The notes under the pieces are model-generated. The model was not told the origin of the DNA. It ran no database searches and saw only the letters and a list, made by a program, of their open reading frames with translations. Of a stretch of 64,000 bases of DNA, positions 38,850 through 47,615 are shown piece by piece. The stretch comes from Enterococcus phage vB_OCPT_CCS1: the sequence record ON113170.1. One strand, given 5' to 3'. The position numbers were made by a program, and so were the translations under genes. How positions within the stretch are numbered: the first letter of the stretch is position 1; every line of letters begins with the position of its first letter.

Positions 38850-40097
38850 TTGGCAAGAAAAAGACAAAGTGAAACAGTAGAAGCAGGTACAATTGATTTA
38901 ACAAAAGAATTGGGCTTAACTTCTTTTAGAGATACAAAATTTTCTAGTGTAGCAGACCGACTACCTACAATGATTCCTCAATTAGACTACATCTTAGGCG
39001 GAGGACTTCCATTTGGACGTATGGTAGAAGTTATCGGAAAGAACTCTAGTGGTAAATCTACTTTTGCAGTACACCTTACTAAAATTGCTCAACTATTGAA
39101 GGTGCCAACATTGTGGATTGACGTAGAGGGAACTGCTGACCCTGACCGTTTAGCTGAACTGGGAGTAAACCCTGATGCAGGGGATGTATTCATGGTAGAG
39201 CCTGCTTTGAAAAAAGATGGTACTAAGGATACAATGACAGTAGAACGGGTAGCAGAAGAACTACAACGTATCCTACCAGTAATTAATAAGACAGGTAAAC
39301 CTATTTTAATCATCTGGGATTCCGTAGCACAGACTGCCGCTGAAAAAGAAATTGAACGTGGTGTAGGTAACCAACAACCGGGTATTAAAGCTAAAGCAAT
39401 GGCACAATTCTCACAAATCATTGCACCTTTAATGACTAATTCGAAAGCATTATTTGTTGCAATTAACCAAGCTCGTGATGAGATGGGTAGTATGTTCGGA
39501 GGTATTGATTCTCCGGGAGGACATGCACTTCACCACTGGGCAAGCCTACGACTAGAAGTCCAAAAAGCAAGTAAGATTGAAAATAGTGAAGTAAACGCCT
39601 TTGGTGTAGAAGAGAAGTCTTATATCGGACACATCATGCGTATTAAGACGTTAAAATCTAAAGTATCTAGACCACAGCAAAAAGCTGAAATGTACCTAAT
39701 GGCTGATTCCGGTTTAGACCTTGAAGAAAACATCTACCGTGCATGTTTCGCAACTAATAAGCAATATGGATTTATTAGCGGTGGTGCATGGAAAGCTTAC
39801 ACAACAGATTCAGGTCAAGAAATCAAGTTTAATTCTGAAAAGAATTGGGTAGACTTCCTGAAATCAGAAGAAGGGCAACCTGTACGTGATGAACTATTTG
39901 CTAAAATGATGGCTCGTAGTTTCCCTAATGGATATGCACCTTATAAAAATGAAGAGATTGACATTTGTCAAATACCATTATATAAATACGTTAAAGATTA
40001 CATGGAAACTCATAAAGAAGAAGCACAACCTGTAGAAGAGCAAACAGCTCCTGTATCTGCAACAGATGTTTCAGACTTATTAGACCAAATTAAGTAA
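38850..40097 (+). CDS. RecA/UvsX-like recombinase
   Basis: Walker A EVIGKNSSGKST. Walker B LWIDVEG. RecA-like core length. TTG start after CTAGGAGGAACAAATC. Confidence 0.75.
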   Translation: MARKRQSETVEAGTIDLTKELGLTSFRDTKFSSVADRLPTMIPQLDYILGGGLPFGRMVEVIGKNSSGKSTFAVHLTKIAQLLKVPTLWIDVEGTADPDRLAELGVNPDAGDVFMVEPALKKDGTKDTMTVERVAEELQRILPVINKTGKPILIIWDSVAQTAAEKEIERGVGNQQPGIKAKAMAQFSQIIAPLMTNSKALFVAINQARDEMGSMFGGIDSPGGHALHHWASLRLEVQKASKIENSEVNAFGVEEKSYIGHIMRIKTLKSKVSRPQQKAEMYLMADSGLDLEENIYRACFATNKQYGFISGGAWKAYTTDSGQEIKFNSEKNWVDFLKSEEGQPVRDELFAKMMARSFPNGYAPYKNEEIDICQIPLYKYVKDYMETHKEEAQPVEEQTAPVSATDVSDLLDQIK

Positions 40098-40117
40098 GGG
40101 GCGTTATGCCCCTTTTT
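40098..40117 (+). terminator. rho-independent terminator
   Basis: GGGGCGTTATGCCCC followed by TTTTTAT. Confidence 0.65.
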
Positions 40118-40139
40118 ATAAGAGATGGAGGAAACCTAA

Positions 40140-40514
40140 TTGCGTAAAACTACACCAGTTAACACTGTACTAGAAGCCTTAGAAATGTTTCAACAAGGAA
40201 CAACAACTACAGAGGTTCGTATGCCTGTTTCTTTACAATCTGTACGTAAACGTTTCTTAGATGCTAAAGAAGCGGGAAAACGTGTATTGATTGAAAACTC
40301 TGATTTAAGTAGTGCAAACTCTGTTGTTGTTGATATTGACTATGTAGGTAGCCGTTGGTGCTTAGGTTATCAAAAAGTATTGTACTTTGGAGAAGAGATA
40401 CGCATTCCACATACTATTCACTTTTGCGATGTATATGGGGCTTATGGTAATGAAGCACAAAGGAGTAAACGACAAGTGAAAATCATTTTTGAAGGAGAGA
40501 ACCCTTTTGAGTAG
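40140..40514 (+). CDS. hypothetical protein (124 aa)
   Basis: TTG after GAGATGGAGGAAACCTAA. Confidence 0.4.
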   Translation: MRKTTPVNTVLEALEMFQQGTTTTEVRMPVSLQSVRKRFLDAKEAGKRVLIENSDLSSANSVVVDIDYVGSRWCLGYQKVLYFGEEIRIPHTIHFCDVYGAYGNEAQRSKRQVKIIFEGENPFE

Positions 40515-41124
40515 AGACCTTAACAAAGAGGAACGTGAGATTAGAAACGGAAATCGTTTCATTACTGAGGTTCACGGTAAGGGGGTCTTTCCACGAGATG
40601 TTGATAGACTGTACCACCGTTATGCCAACTTACGTTACAAGGTCTATAACACTCATAAAGACTCTTTTCGAAGTGAAGCCTCACGAAAAGAACTAAGAAG
40701 TTATATTGATGAACAGTTTATCAAGTTAACGAAAGAATATGATATTAACGGAGAGGTTGACTTTCCGGGATATATCAAAAAGGCTCTTAATCTAAGAGTT
40801 AGACATAGTTTTGTGAAAGGACGTTTCCGTGATAGTGCTCGTGAACGTCTGGGCGCAGAGGACAATGAGATTGAAACCTTACTGGGAACAGATACCTCTT
40901 CTCAGGAAGCGATTGAAGATGCTGAACTAATTGATGATTTACTATCTAAAGCGAAGTTTAGCCCTGTAGAGTTAGCCGTGTTCAGCTACTTACTACGAGG
41001 CAAGGTAAAAGATGCCAACATCATTAAAGAGGTGTCAGCGAAGTATAAAGTATCTCAAAAGTCCGTTAGAGATGCAATCAAAAACGTGCGAGAGTACGTT
41101 GCGTTAAATCTTAAAGACCGATAG
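40489..41124 (+). CDS. sigma-70-family sigma factor (phage late/middle sigma)
   Basis: Region-2-like YHRYANLRYKVYNTH. C-terminal region-4 HTH LAVFSYLLRGKVKDANIIKEVSAKYKVSQKSVRDAIKNVREYV. The true start may be the TTG at 40510. Confidence 0.55.
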   Translation: MKERTLLSRDLNKEEREIRNGNRFITEVHGKGVFPRDVDRLYHRYANLRYKVYNTHKDSFRSEASRKELRSYIDEQFIKLTKEYDINGEVDFPGYIKKALNLRVRHSFVKGRFRDSARERLGAEDNEIETLLGTDTSSQEAIEDAELIDDLLSKAKFSPVELAVFSYLLRGKVKDANIIKEVSAKYKVSQKSVRDAIKNVREYVALNLKDR

Positions 41125-41132
41125 AATTAGTT

Positions 41133-41187
41133 AAAATCCTCCTTGTGTGTATGCTATATTAGCAGTAGAAACACAAAGGAGGATTTT
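41133..41187 (+). promoter_or_regulatory. 17-bp-stem hairpin acting as a terminator for the sigma gene and sequestering the RBS of the next gene
   Basis: AAAATCCTCCTTGTGTGT ... ACACAAAGGAGGATTTT followed by TGTAATG. The AAAGGAGGA RBS of the 41192 gene is the 3' arm. The loop contains TGCTATATT. Confidence 0.5.
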
Positions 41188-41191
41188 TGTA

Positions 41192-41470
41192 ATGGAAGAA
41201 CAAAATAACACTGGCAAATACGCTCCATTTATTCGACTAATTGTAATGGGTATCTCCTTCGTGGCTACTGGTTTAACAACTATGTTTGGTTGGGAACCAC
41301 TACCTTTTACAGACGAACAAATGAACCAAGGTTTAATGCTTGTACTTTCTGTTGGGCTTGCTATCTATAACTGGTACAAGAACAACGCTGTTACTAAGTA
41401 CGGTAAAGCTAAAGAGCAAGCAGGTAAAGAAGTTGTCGGAACTCGACAAGACTTCAAACAACAAGGCTAA
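41192..41470 (+). CDS. small membrane protein (two predicted TM helices)
   Basis: ATG at 41192 after AAAGGAGGA. FIRLIVMGISFVATGLTTMF and LMLVLSVGLAIYNWY hydrophobic spans. The tool's 41147 start is upstream of the RBS. Confidence 0.5.
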   Translation: MEEQNNTGKYAPFIRLIVMGISFVATGLTTMFGWEPLPFTDEQMNQGLMLVLSVGLAIYNWYKNNAVTKYGKAKEQAGKEVVGTRQDFKQQG

Positions 41471-41519
41471 GCTTGAGGGGGTAAGACCCCTCCTTAGTTG
41501 ATATTAAAGGAGTATGACA

Positions 41520-42716
41520 ATGGAACTAATAAATTTAAGTGCTAGAACACTACCCGAATTACACGGGAAGTTTCTTGTTGTAGAGACTCTATCAGACGGA
41601 TACACAGGAACCGTAAACGGTCATTATAACTATGAAGTTGTTACTAAAGGTGAGGACTATGAAATCTATCCCACACTTTGGAACAGCGAAAAAGCGCAGT
41701 TTGTAAAAGCTGACGAAATGGTTGTGTATACAAACGGAGATACTGTATTCTATGTAACAAGAACAACAAAAGACCCTTATAATCATGCTGTTATCAGTGA
41801 GTTAATCGTTGAAGAAGGAATGGACAAGGCTAAGCGTACCCTTCAAGCTTTCCGACTATTCGCAGACGATTTATTCTCTATTGGAAACTATAACGTGTTC
41901 TTAACACACCAAATTGGTGTAGTAGACAGCCCAAGTAACGTAAAAGTTGAATCAGTTTCCTTAGACAAAGAATCCGGAACATTATATGTAGGTGACACAG
42001 TAGAATTAACAGCAACTGTACTACCAGAAAATGCCACAGTCAAAGACGTAACATTCTCTGTTGTTCCAGAAGGAATCGCTACTGTAACTGCTACTGGTGC
42101 CAAGGCAACAGTTACAGCTAAAGTAAAAGGCTCAACTAACGTTATCGTAACTACATTAGACGGAGACAAAACAGCTCAATATGCTTTAACAGTGAAGGAA
42201 CACGTTTTAGTTTCTGGTATTACTTTAAACAAAGAAGCTACTTCAATTGTTAAAGGTGCTACAGAAACACTTGTTGCAACAGTAACTCCACCAGATGCAG
42301 AAAACAAAGCTGTAACATGGGCATCTGATAAACCTGCCGTAGCTATAGTAGACCAAAACGGGGAGGTCACAGCAGTAGATGGCGGTACAGCTAATATTAC
42401 TGCAACAACAGTTGACGGTAATAAAGTAGCAACTTGTGTTGTGACAGTAACTGTTCCTGTAACAAGCGTTACTTTAAACAAAGAAGCTACTTCAATTGTT
42501 AAAGGCGCTACAGAAACACTTATTGCAACAGTTGCCCCTACTAACGCAACAAATAAAAAAGTAACATGGAAATCTGATAACATGGGCATTGTTACTGTAG
42601 CCCAAAGCGGAGAGGTCACAGCAGTAGATGGCGGTACAGCTAACGTAACAGCAGAAACAGAAGATGGTAAGAGAGTAGCTACTTGTGCGGTAACAGTTAA
42701 CCCTGCACAAGCATAA
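41520..42716 (+). CDS. virion-associated protein: N-terminal domain paralogous to the 42743 gene, fused to three Ig-like (Big_2) repeats
   Basis: N-terminus FLVVETLSDGYTGTV...DPYNHAVISE...FLTHQIG. Three Big_2 units, the last two nearly identical at the DNA level (LNKEATSIVKGATETL[VI]ATV.P). Confidence 0.5.
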   Translation: MELINLSARTLPELHGKFLVVETLSDGYTGTVNGHYNYEVVTKGEDYEIYPTLWNSEKAQFVKADEMVVYTNGDTVFYVTRTTKDPYNHAVISELIVEEGMDKAKRTLQAFRLFADDLFSIGNYNVFLTHQIGVVDSPSNVKVESVSLDKESGTLYVGDTVELTATVLPENATVKDVTFSVVPEGIATVTATGAKATVTAKVKGSTNVIVTTLDGDKTAQYALTVKEHVLVSGITLNKEATSIVKGATETLVATVTPPDAENKAVTWASDKPAVAIVDQNGEVTAVDGGTANITATTVDGNKVATCVVTVTVPVTSVTLNKEATSIVKGATETLIATVAPTNATNKKVTWKSDNMGIVTVAQSGEVTAVDGGTANVTAETEDGKRVATCAVTVNPAQA

Positions 42717-42742
42717 TATATTAGGAAAAGAGGAATACTAAA

Positions 42743-43183
42743 ATGGCTAAAGAAATTGCAAATATTGCAGACCTATTAAAACCAAGCGTAGGTGCTGTTG
42801 AATTGGATGGTAAATATCTTGTAGTATCTACCCTATCAGATGGGTATACAGGTACAGTACAAGGTGCTTACGCTTATGAAGTGAAGAAATCAGGAACAGA
42901 TTACAAAGTGAGTGAACTTATCTATGATAAAGGCAAGAACAAGTTTACTCCTGCGGATGCTCCAATTATCATGACAGATGACGATACAATTTTCTTCGTT
43001 ACTCGTACGTTGATTGACCCTTATAATTACCCAGTAATTAGTGAAGCTACAGTTAAGGCTCACGAAATTAAAGAAAAACAAGTACTTCAAGCGTTTATTG
43101 CCTTTGCAGAAGACAGATTCAAACTAGGAGTATACAACGTATTCTTAGCAGACGACCCTTACATTCTACAAGACAAAGCATAA
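42743..43183 (+). CDS. paralog of the N-terminal domain of the preceding gene (146 aa)
   Basis: YLVVSTLSDGYTGTVQGAYAYEV...DPYNYPVISE...YNVFLADDP aligns with the upstream protein. Confidence 0.5.
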   Translation: MAKEIANIADLLKPSVGAVELDGKYLVVSTLSDGYTGTVQGAYAYEVKKSGTDYKVSELIYDKGKNKFTPADAPIIMTDDDTIFFVTRTLIDPYNYPVISEATVKAHEIKEKQVLQAFIAFAEDRFKLGVYNVFLADDPYILQDKA

Positions 43184-43205
43184 GAAGGAATCGGCGGATA
43201 ATAAA

Positions 43206-43232
43206 AAGAGACCAAAAAGGTCTCTTTTTTTG
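43206..43232 (+). terminator. rho-independent terminator
   Basis: AAGAGACCAAAAAGGTCTCTT followed by TTTTTT. Confidence 0.7.
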
Positions 43233-43261
43233 TTGACAAACAAAATACTCTCTGATATACT
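43233..43261 (+). promoter_or_regulatory. sigma-A-type promoter
   Basis: TTGACA-17-TATACT immediately after the terminator. Confidence 0.6.
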
Positions 43262-43293
43262 TTAGGTATAAGATAAATGAAGGAGAGATTTAT

Positions 43294-43698
43294 ATGGCTA
43301 TAGTATTAATGGGACTTACACTTTTGTTTATGGTTTTGAACATTGTGGTATGGGATGTTAAGAGCAAAAAAGGAGAAAAAAGTTTTAATAAGTTATTATT
43401 TATATTACCAAGTATATTCGGTATCATGGCTTTCGTTATTGTGCTAACTATTTCACCAACACTTAACCGAGCTGGCATTATTAAATATGAAGTACGCTCT
43501 GCTGAAAACTATGTAACTAGCTACACAGAGGAAGTAAAGGCTTGGGAAGCACGAGACACCAAAGACCCTGTAATTTTTAACTACCTACAAGAGTCAAAAC
43601 AAGACCTTTCTAGAGCTAAAGTTCAACTAGAAGATGCAAAGGATGAACTTAACAAATTAGAACAGGCAAAATGGTGGTGGAACTTTAACTTGTTCTAG
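43294..43698 (+). CDS. membrane protein (two N-terminal TM helices) with coiled-coil C-terminus
   Basis: ATG after GAAGGAGAGATTTAT. LMGLTLLFMVLNIVVW and LFILPSIFGIMAFVIVL spans. Confidence 0.45.
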   Translation: MAIVLMGLTLLFMVLNIVVWDVKSKKGEKSFNKLLFILPSIFGIMAFVIVLTISPTLNRAGIIKYEVRSAENYVTSYTEEVKAWEARDTKDPVIFNYLQESKQDLSRAKVQLEDAKDELNKLEQAKWWWNFNLF

Positions 43699-43731
43699 TA
43701 CAAAAAACCTGTACAAAATTTAAATAAAGTG

Positions 43732-43760
43732 TTGACGACTTACACCTCTCTTGGTATACT
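43732..43760 (+). promoter_or_regulatory. sigma-A-type promoter embedded in a 10-bp inverted repeat
   Basis: TTGACG-17-TATACT. CACCTCTCTT (43744) and AAGAGAGGTG (43776) flank the -10 element and the start site. Confidence 0.5.
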
Positions 43761-43792
43761 TAGACTATACTAAATAAGAGAGGTGTTTTATT

Positions 43793-44029
43793 GTGGTTAA
43801 AGCTAAAAAACCTGTACAAAGACGTAGAGGAACTTACAATAGTTGTGATGTGCTTGTTGAAGAAGAAAATGGGTTCTTTTTCTATAGTGTACTTAATTCA
43901 GAGGGTACAGAAATCATGAGTGGCTTTAGAGATAAAGGCTCACAAGATATTTTAACCTTCTACAACTATTTGCTTAAGCTAGTAGATGACTACATTAAAT
44001 ATCCGGAGGGTTTTATTGCGGATGTTTAA
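43793..44029 (+). CDS. hypothetical protein (78 aa)
   Basis: GTG after AAGAGAGGTGTTTTATT. Confidence 0.4.
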   Translation: MVKAKKPVQRRRGTYNSCDVLVEEENGFFFYSVLNSEGTEIMSGFRDKGSQDILTFYNYLLKLVDDYIKYPEGFIADV

Positions 44030-44291
44030 ACGTAAAAAATACTATGTAATTCAGTTAGTCGTTCAACCAGACAGTAAGCCTTGGTACCGAGAAATTCTTA
44101 TCCAAAGAGAAGATGGGTACCTATTAACAGGAGCTTACAACAGGGAGTGTAAAGTAGAGCCTAAATACTCAACTTTGGATACGGAGTACAAACAGGTGTT
44201 TACTGAAAAAGAAATACGTGCAATCAATCCAGATTACATGTACTTTGCAGTGGAGGTAACCAAAGATGGCAGACCTATTGATGATAACTAA
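44022..44291 (+). CDS. hypothetical protein
   Basis: ATG (MFKRKKYY...) inside the tool ORF 43986-44291. Start uncertain. Confidence 0.35.
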   Translation: MFKRKKYYVIQLVVQPDSKPWYREILIQREDGYLLTGAYNRECKVEPKYSTLDTEYKQVFTEKEIRAINPDYMYFAVEVTKDGRPIDDN

Positions 44292-45204
44292 GAAAAATGT
44301 TCAAGGTTACGTATTAAACTATTTGTTTAAGCAACTAGCTGTAAAGAGTGGGCATAACTATACTTGTGAGTTTTTGGATAAGTTTAATCTGCCCGATATT
44401 GGAAACTATGCAGACAAAGCAGACATCCTTATTGTTGCAGGCTTCCCTTTTTATGAGAGCCAACGCACCGCTTTAGATGAAGCACTACAAGCTATGAACA
44501 ACCCATTCAGTCAGTTTTATCACTTAGCAACTTTCGGAGATACTTATAGCAACGAGGGTGCTTTCCACTCTTACGTGGATACAACAGTAAGCCCTGTAGG
44601 TAACTTCTCAAAAGTAGTTAAAGAACTAAAGAACTTTTTGAAATTTGCTGATGCTATTCAGCCCTTACTTTTAAGTGATATGGAAAGTATCATCGAAGCA
44701 ACCGATGCGTATAATCGTTATGAGGTAACAGATACTACTTTAGATTGGATTTCTCTTGTAGAAACATACAGAGACCAGTTATACGCAAGATACGGAGTAG
44801 GTACAGACTTAGAGGAAATACTTGATAAGGATAAAACCTTAGTCAAAGCATTGCGAGAGAAAAGAGACGACTATATTAAACGAATACTTGGCAGAACTTC
44901 TGCACAGGTAGTCAATGGTACAGTCATATGCTTTACTTACGCAGAGGAATATGTAAATGAGGTAGCCCACAAACTGATTGAGTTCTATCAGTCATATAAT
45001 TATACCCGAATAGCTGTATTTGTTGGAAGACATACCAAAGGTGATGACATGTTCAGCATTCGTACATCGGGAATAGATGCGGGAGAACTTGCCTATAAGG
45101 TAAACAGAGGTAGAGGAAAACCTACTACAGCAACTGTTTTCTTAGGCAATTCTGGTCAATCCACATTTAACGCATTACTTAACACACTTGCTCAAATTGT
45201 ATAA
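44266..45204 (+). CDS. hypothetical protein (312 aa)
   Basis: No confident motif. A DHH/DHHA1 assignment was considered and rejected. Confidence 0.45.
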   Translation: MADLLMITKKNVQGYVLNYLFKQLAVKSGHNYTCEFLDKFNLPDIGNYADKADILIVAGFPFYESQRTALDEALQAMNNPFSQFYHLATFGDTYSNEGAFHSYVDTTVSPVGNFSKVVKELKNFLKFADAIQPLLLSDMESIIEATDAYNRYEVTDTTLDWISLVETYRDQLYARYGVGTDLEEILDKDKTLVKALREKRDDYIKRILGRTSAQVVNGTVICFTYAEEYVNEVAHKLIEFYQSYNYTRIAVFVGRHTKGDDMFSIRTSGIDAGELAYKVNRGRGKPTTATVFLGNSGQSTFNALLNTLAQIV

Positions 45205-45252
45205 CAAGTAAGTGTGTTATAATAATGTTAGGTATAAAACAATACACAGGGA

Positions 45253-46545
45253 GTGTGCTACTTGAAAAAGAATAAAATGCTAGAAGACCTAATGAAACAA
45301 TTAGACAACCCATATGTAATTGGGGCAATTATTGCAGGAACTTTGCAACATGACTTTAACCGTATACACGTTAGCAAATATAATAAATATGCTCGTGAAT
45401 TTGGTTTAGACCGAGAAAACAAAGATAGCTTAGAAGCATTAATCGACCATTTTGATTCTGATAAGTTATTAAAGGAATTATACATGTCAAGTATTGCAGG
45501 AGAAATTAATGTGGACATGCTTCGTTCATTTAAAGATAAAACGAAAAAATCTGCATTCCAGACTTTATCTCCATTCGTGGTAGACAACCAAGCTGTTTTA
45601 GCTCGTAATCGTGAGTTCAACAAGATTCAACGTGAGGGTGCTTACTTAGACCACTTAATTGAGGGCTTGAAAGAACATTTATCCGAAGAACTTGAAAATA
45701 CTAATACGCTTAAATACATTGAACCAGAATTACGAGTAAAAGGCAAGCCAAGTGACCGTGAAATGATTCTATGTTTATCTGACTGGCATATTGGAGCATT
45801 TGTTAACAATATTGATACAGGCGGATATAATTACGACATTTTCCGTGAACGGTTAAACAGTCTATTGTCAGAAGCTTTCCGTATTGTGAAAGAACAAAAC
45901 ATTCGAACAGTACATGTTTACCATATTGGAGACATTATTGAACATATCAATATGCGTAATGTAAACCAAGCGTTTGAAGCAGAGTTTCCGGCAACAGAAC
46001 AAATTGCTAAAGGGATTCGAGTATTAGTTGAAACACTAAACGTACTAGCTAAAGCGGGTCTAGATGTAACCTTTGGTATGGTAGGTGGTAACCACGACCG
46101 ATTCCAAGGAAATAAGAATGATAAAATTCATAATGATAACGTTGCTTACTTAGTAGTTGACCAATTACATTTCATGCAGGACTTAGGTTCTCTACACAAA
46201 AATGTAACTCTAATTGACAACCGTAAAGATGTTTACAGCTTCAAAGACAATGTAGCAGGTAAACGAATTAAAGTAGTACATGGAGACAACGAAGGTAAGA
46301 AAGTAGACGTTAAAATTCCAAAACATATTAAAGAAGAAGTTATTGAGTATCTAATTATGGGACATATCCACACAACACGTATTATTCAAGAAGACTACTC
46401 ACGATTCCATGTATACGTTGGGTCTCCAATGGGAGCAAATAACTACTCAGCAGAAAACAACCTACCAACAACAAGTCCGGCACAATTAATTATGGTTTTA
46501 GACCCTAAAGTGGATAGTCCACAATTTATGCCAATCTTTTTGTAG
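45253..46545 (+). CDS. calcineurin-like metallophosphoesterase with ~150-aa N-terminal extension
   Basis: LCLSDWHIG, HIGDIIEH, GGNHD, VVHGDNEG and MGHIHT form the metallophosphatase motif series. Confidence 0.6.
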   Translation: MCYLKKNKMLEDLMKQLDNPYVIGAIIAGTLQHDFNRIHVSKYNKYAREFGLDRENKDSLEALIDHFDSDKLLKELYMSSIAGEINVDMLRSFKDKTKKSAFQTLSPFVVDNQAVLARNREFNKIQREGAYLDHLIEGLKEHLSEELENTNTLKYIEPELRVKGKPSDREMILCLSDWHIGAFVNNIDTGGYNYDIFRERLNSLLSEAFRIVKEQNIRTVHVYHIGDIIEHINMRNVNQAFEAEFPATEQIAKGIRVLVETLNVLAKAGLDVTFGMVGGNHDRFQGNKNDKIHNDNVAYLVVDQLHFMQDLGSLHKNVTLIDNRKDVYSFKDNVAGKRIKVVHGDNEGKKVDVKIPKHIKEEVIEYLIMGHIHTTRIIQEDYSRFHVYVGSPMGANNYSAENNLPTTSPAQLIMVLDPKVDSPQFMPIFL

Positions 46546-46557
46546 GAGAGTGATAGA

Positions 46558-46926
46558 ATGAACCCAATTTATTTTTTACTATCTATCATGTATGTATTCG
46601 AGTTTGGACAAGCATTCTTGAATACTAAACGAAAAGAACGATATATGATTGAAGACGGTGGAGAACCTCTTCCTAGAAGCTCTTATGTGTTCTTATTCAT
46701 TCAATATGTATTGCGTACTCTTTTCGCAATCTTGCTTATTTTTATTGTACCGGAGAGCCTACAGTTCAACGTAGGAGGTATTACTGCCTTTATAGTAGTT
46801 TTGCTTATCATTCCATTTATCTCTCGGTTCATTGAAGTTGGTATTCGAGTATTGATTATTAAATACTTACAAGCCAAGCACATAAAACGTATTAAAGAAC
46901 AAGGGGACGAAAAAGAGACTAATTAG
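46558..46926 (+). CDS. membrane protein (three or more TM helices)
   Basis: Hydrophobic spans IYFLLSIMYVF, FLFIQYVLRTLFAILLIFIV and ITAFIVVLLIIPFI. Confidence 0.45.
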   Translation: MNPIYFLLSIMYVFEFGQAFLNTKRKERYMIEDGGEPLPRSSYVFLFIQYVLRTLFAILLIFIVPESLQFNVGGITAFIVVLLIIPFISRFIEVGIRVLIIKYLQAKHIKRIKEQGDEKETN

Positions 46927-46938
46927 AGTCTCTTTTTT
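46915..46938 (+). terminator. rho-independent terminator
   Basis: GAGACTAATTAGAGTCTC followed by TTTTTTG. Confidence 0.65.
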
Positions 46939-46970
46939 GTTATGTTATATTAAGTATTGAGGTGAAAAGA

Positions 46971-47615
46971 ATGAAATATACAGAAATCCAAGTAGGTGAC
47001 GGACAAAGCACCCTATTAGATGTAAAAAGTAAACCTGCTTTAATTCGTAGAGGCACATTAACAATGAAAGTTAAATCAAGAGATAGTTTAATCAGCAAGG
47101 TAGAAGAAAAACCTGTATATATTGTTGAGTTAGCAGAAGAATCCTATGGTACAAGCGTTGTTTCTGTTTTTAGTGCAGTACAGGAGAGGAGCGGAGACCA
47201 TGTAGTTGTTCAGAAGGCTTACACAGAGAATATCACTAAACCATCATTCAAAGGAACCACGTTTTTAGGTAAGGTTGCTCAAAAGGTTCATGAAAAGAGC
47301 TTAAAACCAAAACGGGTAGTAACAACTAAACCTCCTGTTTTTCTAGCGCCTGTTGTCATGGGAGTAGACACATTTACACAGGAACATGGACTAGGGTTTT
47401 ATGAACGGGAACCAGATAAATTTGTTATGAAAGACGGGCATCCTAGCATTGAGTATGGGAAGAACACAGGAGTCTTTATTTGCTTAAACTCTATTAAGTG
47501 GGATAAAGCTTATGTCAATGCAGGACAATTGATTCAAGACTATGTAGCAGACAAACAACTATGGTTTAATCTGGGAGGAACTAAACCACAATTTAAGAGT
47601 GAAGTTAATCAATGA
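46971..47615 (+). CDS. hypothetical protein
   Basis: ATG at 46971 after GAGGTGAAAAGA. Stop overlaps next start. Confidence 0.45.
   Translation: MKYTEIQVGDGQSTLLDVKSKPALIRRGTLTMKVKSRDSLISKVEEKPVYIVELAEESYGTSVVSVFSAVQERSGDHVVVQKAYTENITKPSFKGTTFLGKVAQKVHEKSLKPKRVVTTKPPVFLAPVVMGVDTFTQEHGLGFYEREPDKFVMKDGHPSIEYGKNTGVFICLNSIKWDKAYVNAGQLIQDYVADKQLWFNLGGTKPQFKSEVNQ

Noticed and set aside
44266-45204. 312-aa protein as a DHH/DHHA1 phosphoesterase (NrnA-like)
   Set aside because: The DHH and GGGH signature motifs are absent. The resemblance was only a vague C-terminal Gly/Arg-rich patch.
41192-46926. Small membrane proteins (41192, 43294, 46558) as a holin/lysis cassette
   Set aside because: No endolysin, amidase or CHAP domain is present anywhere in the window and the genes are dispersed, so a lysis module cannot be supported.
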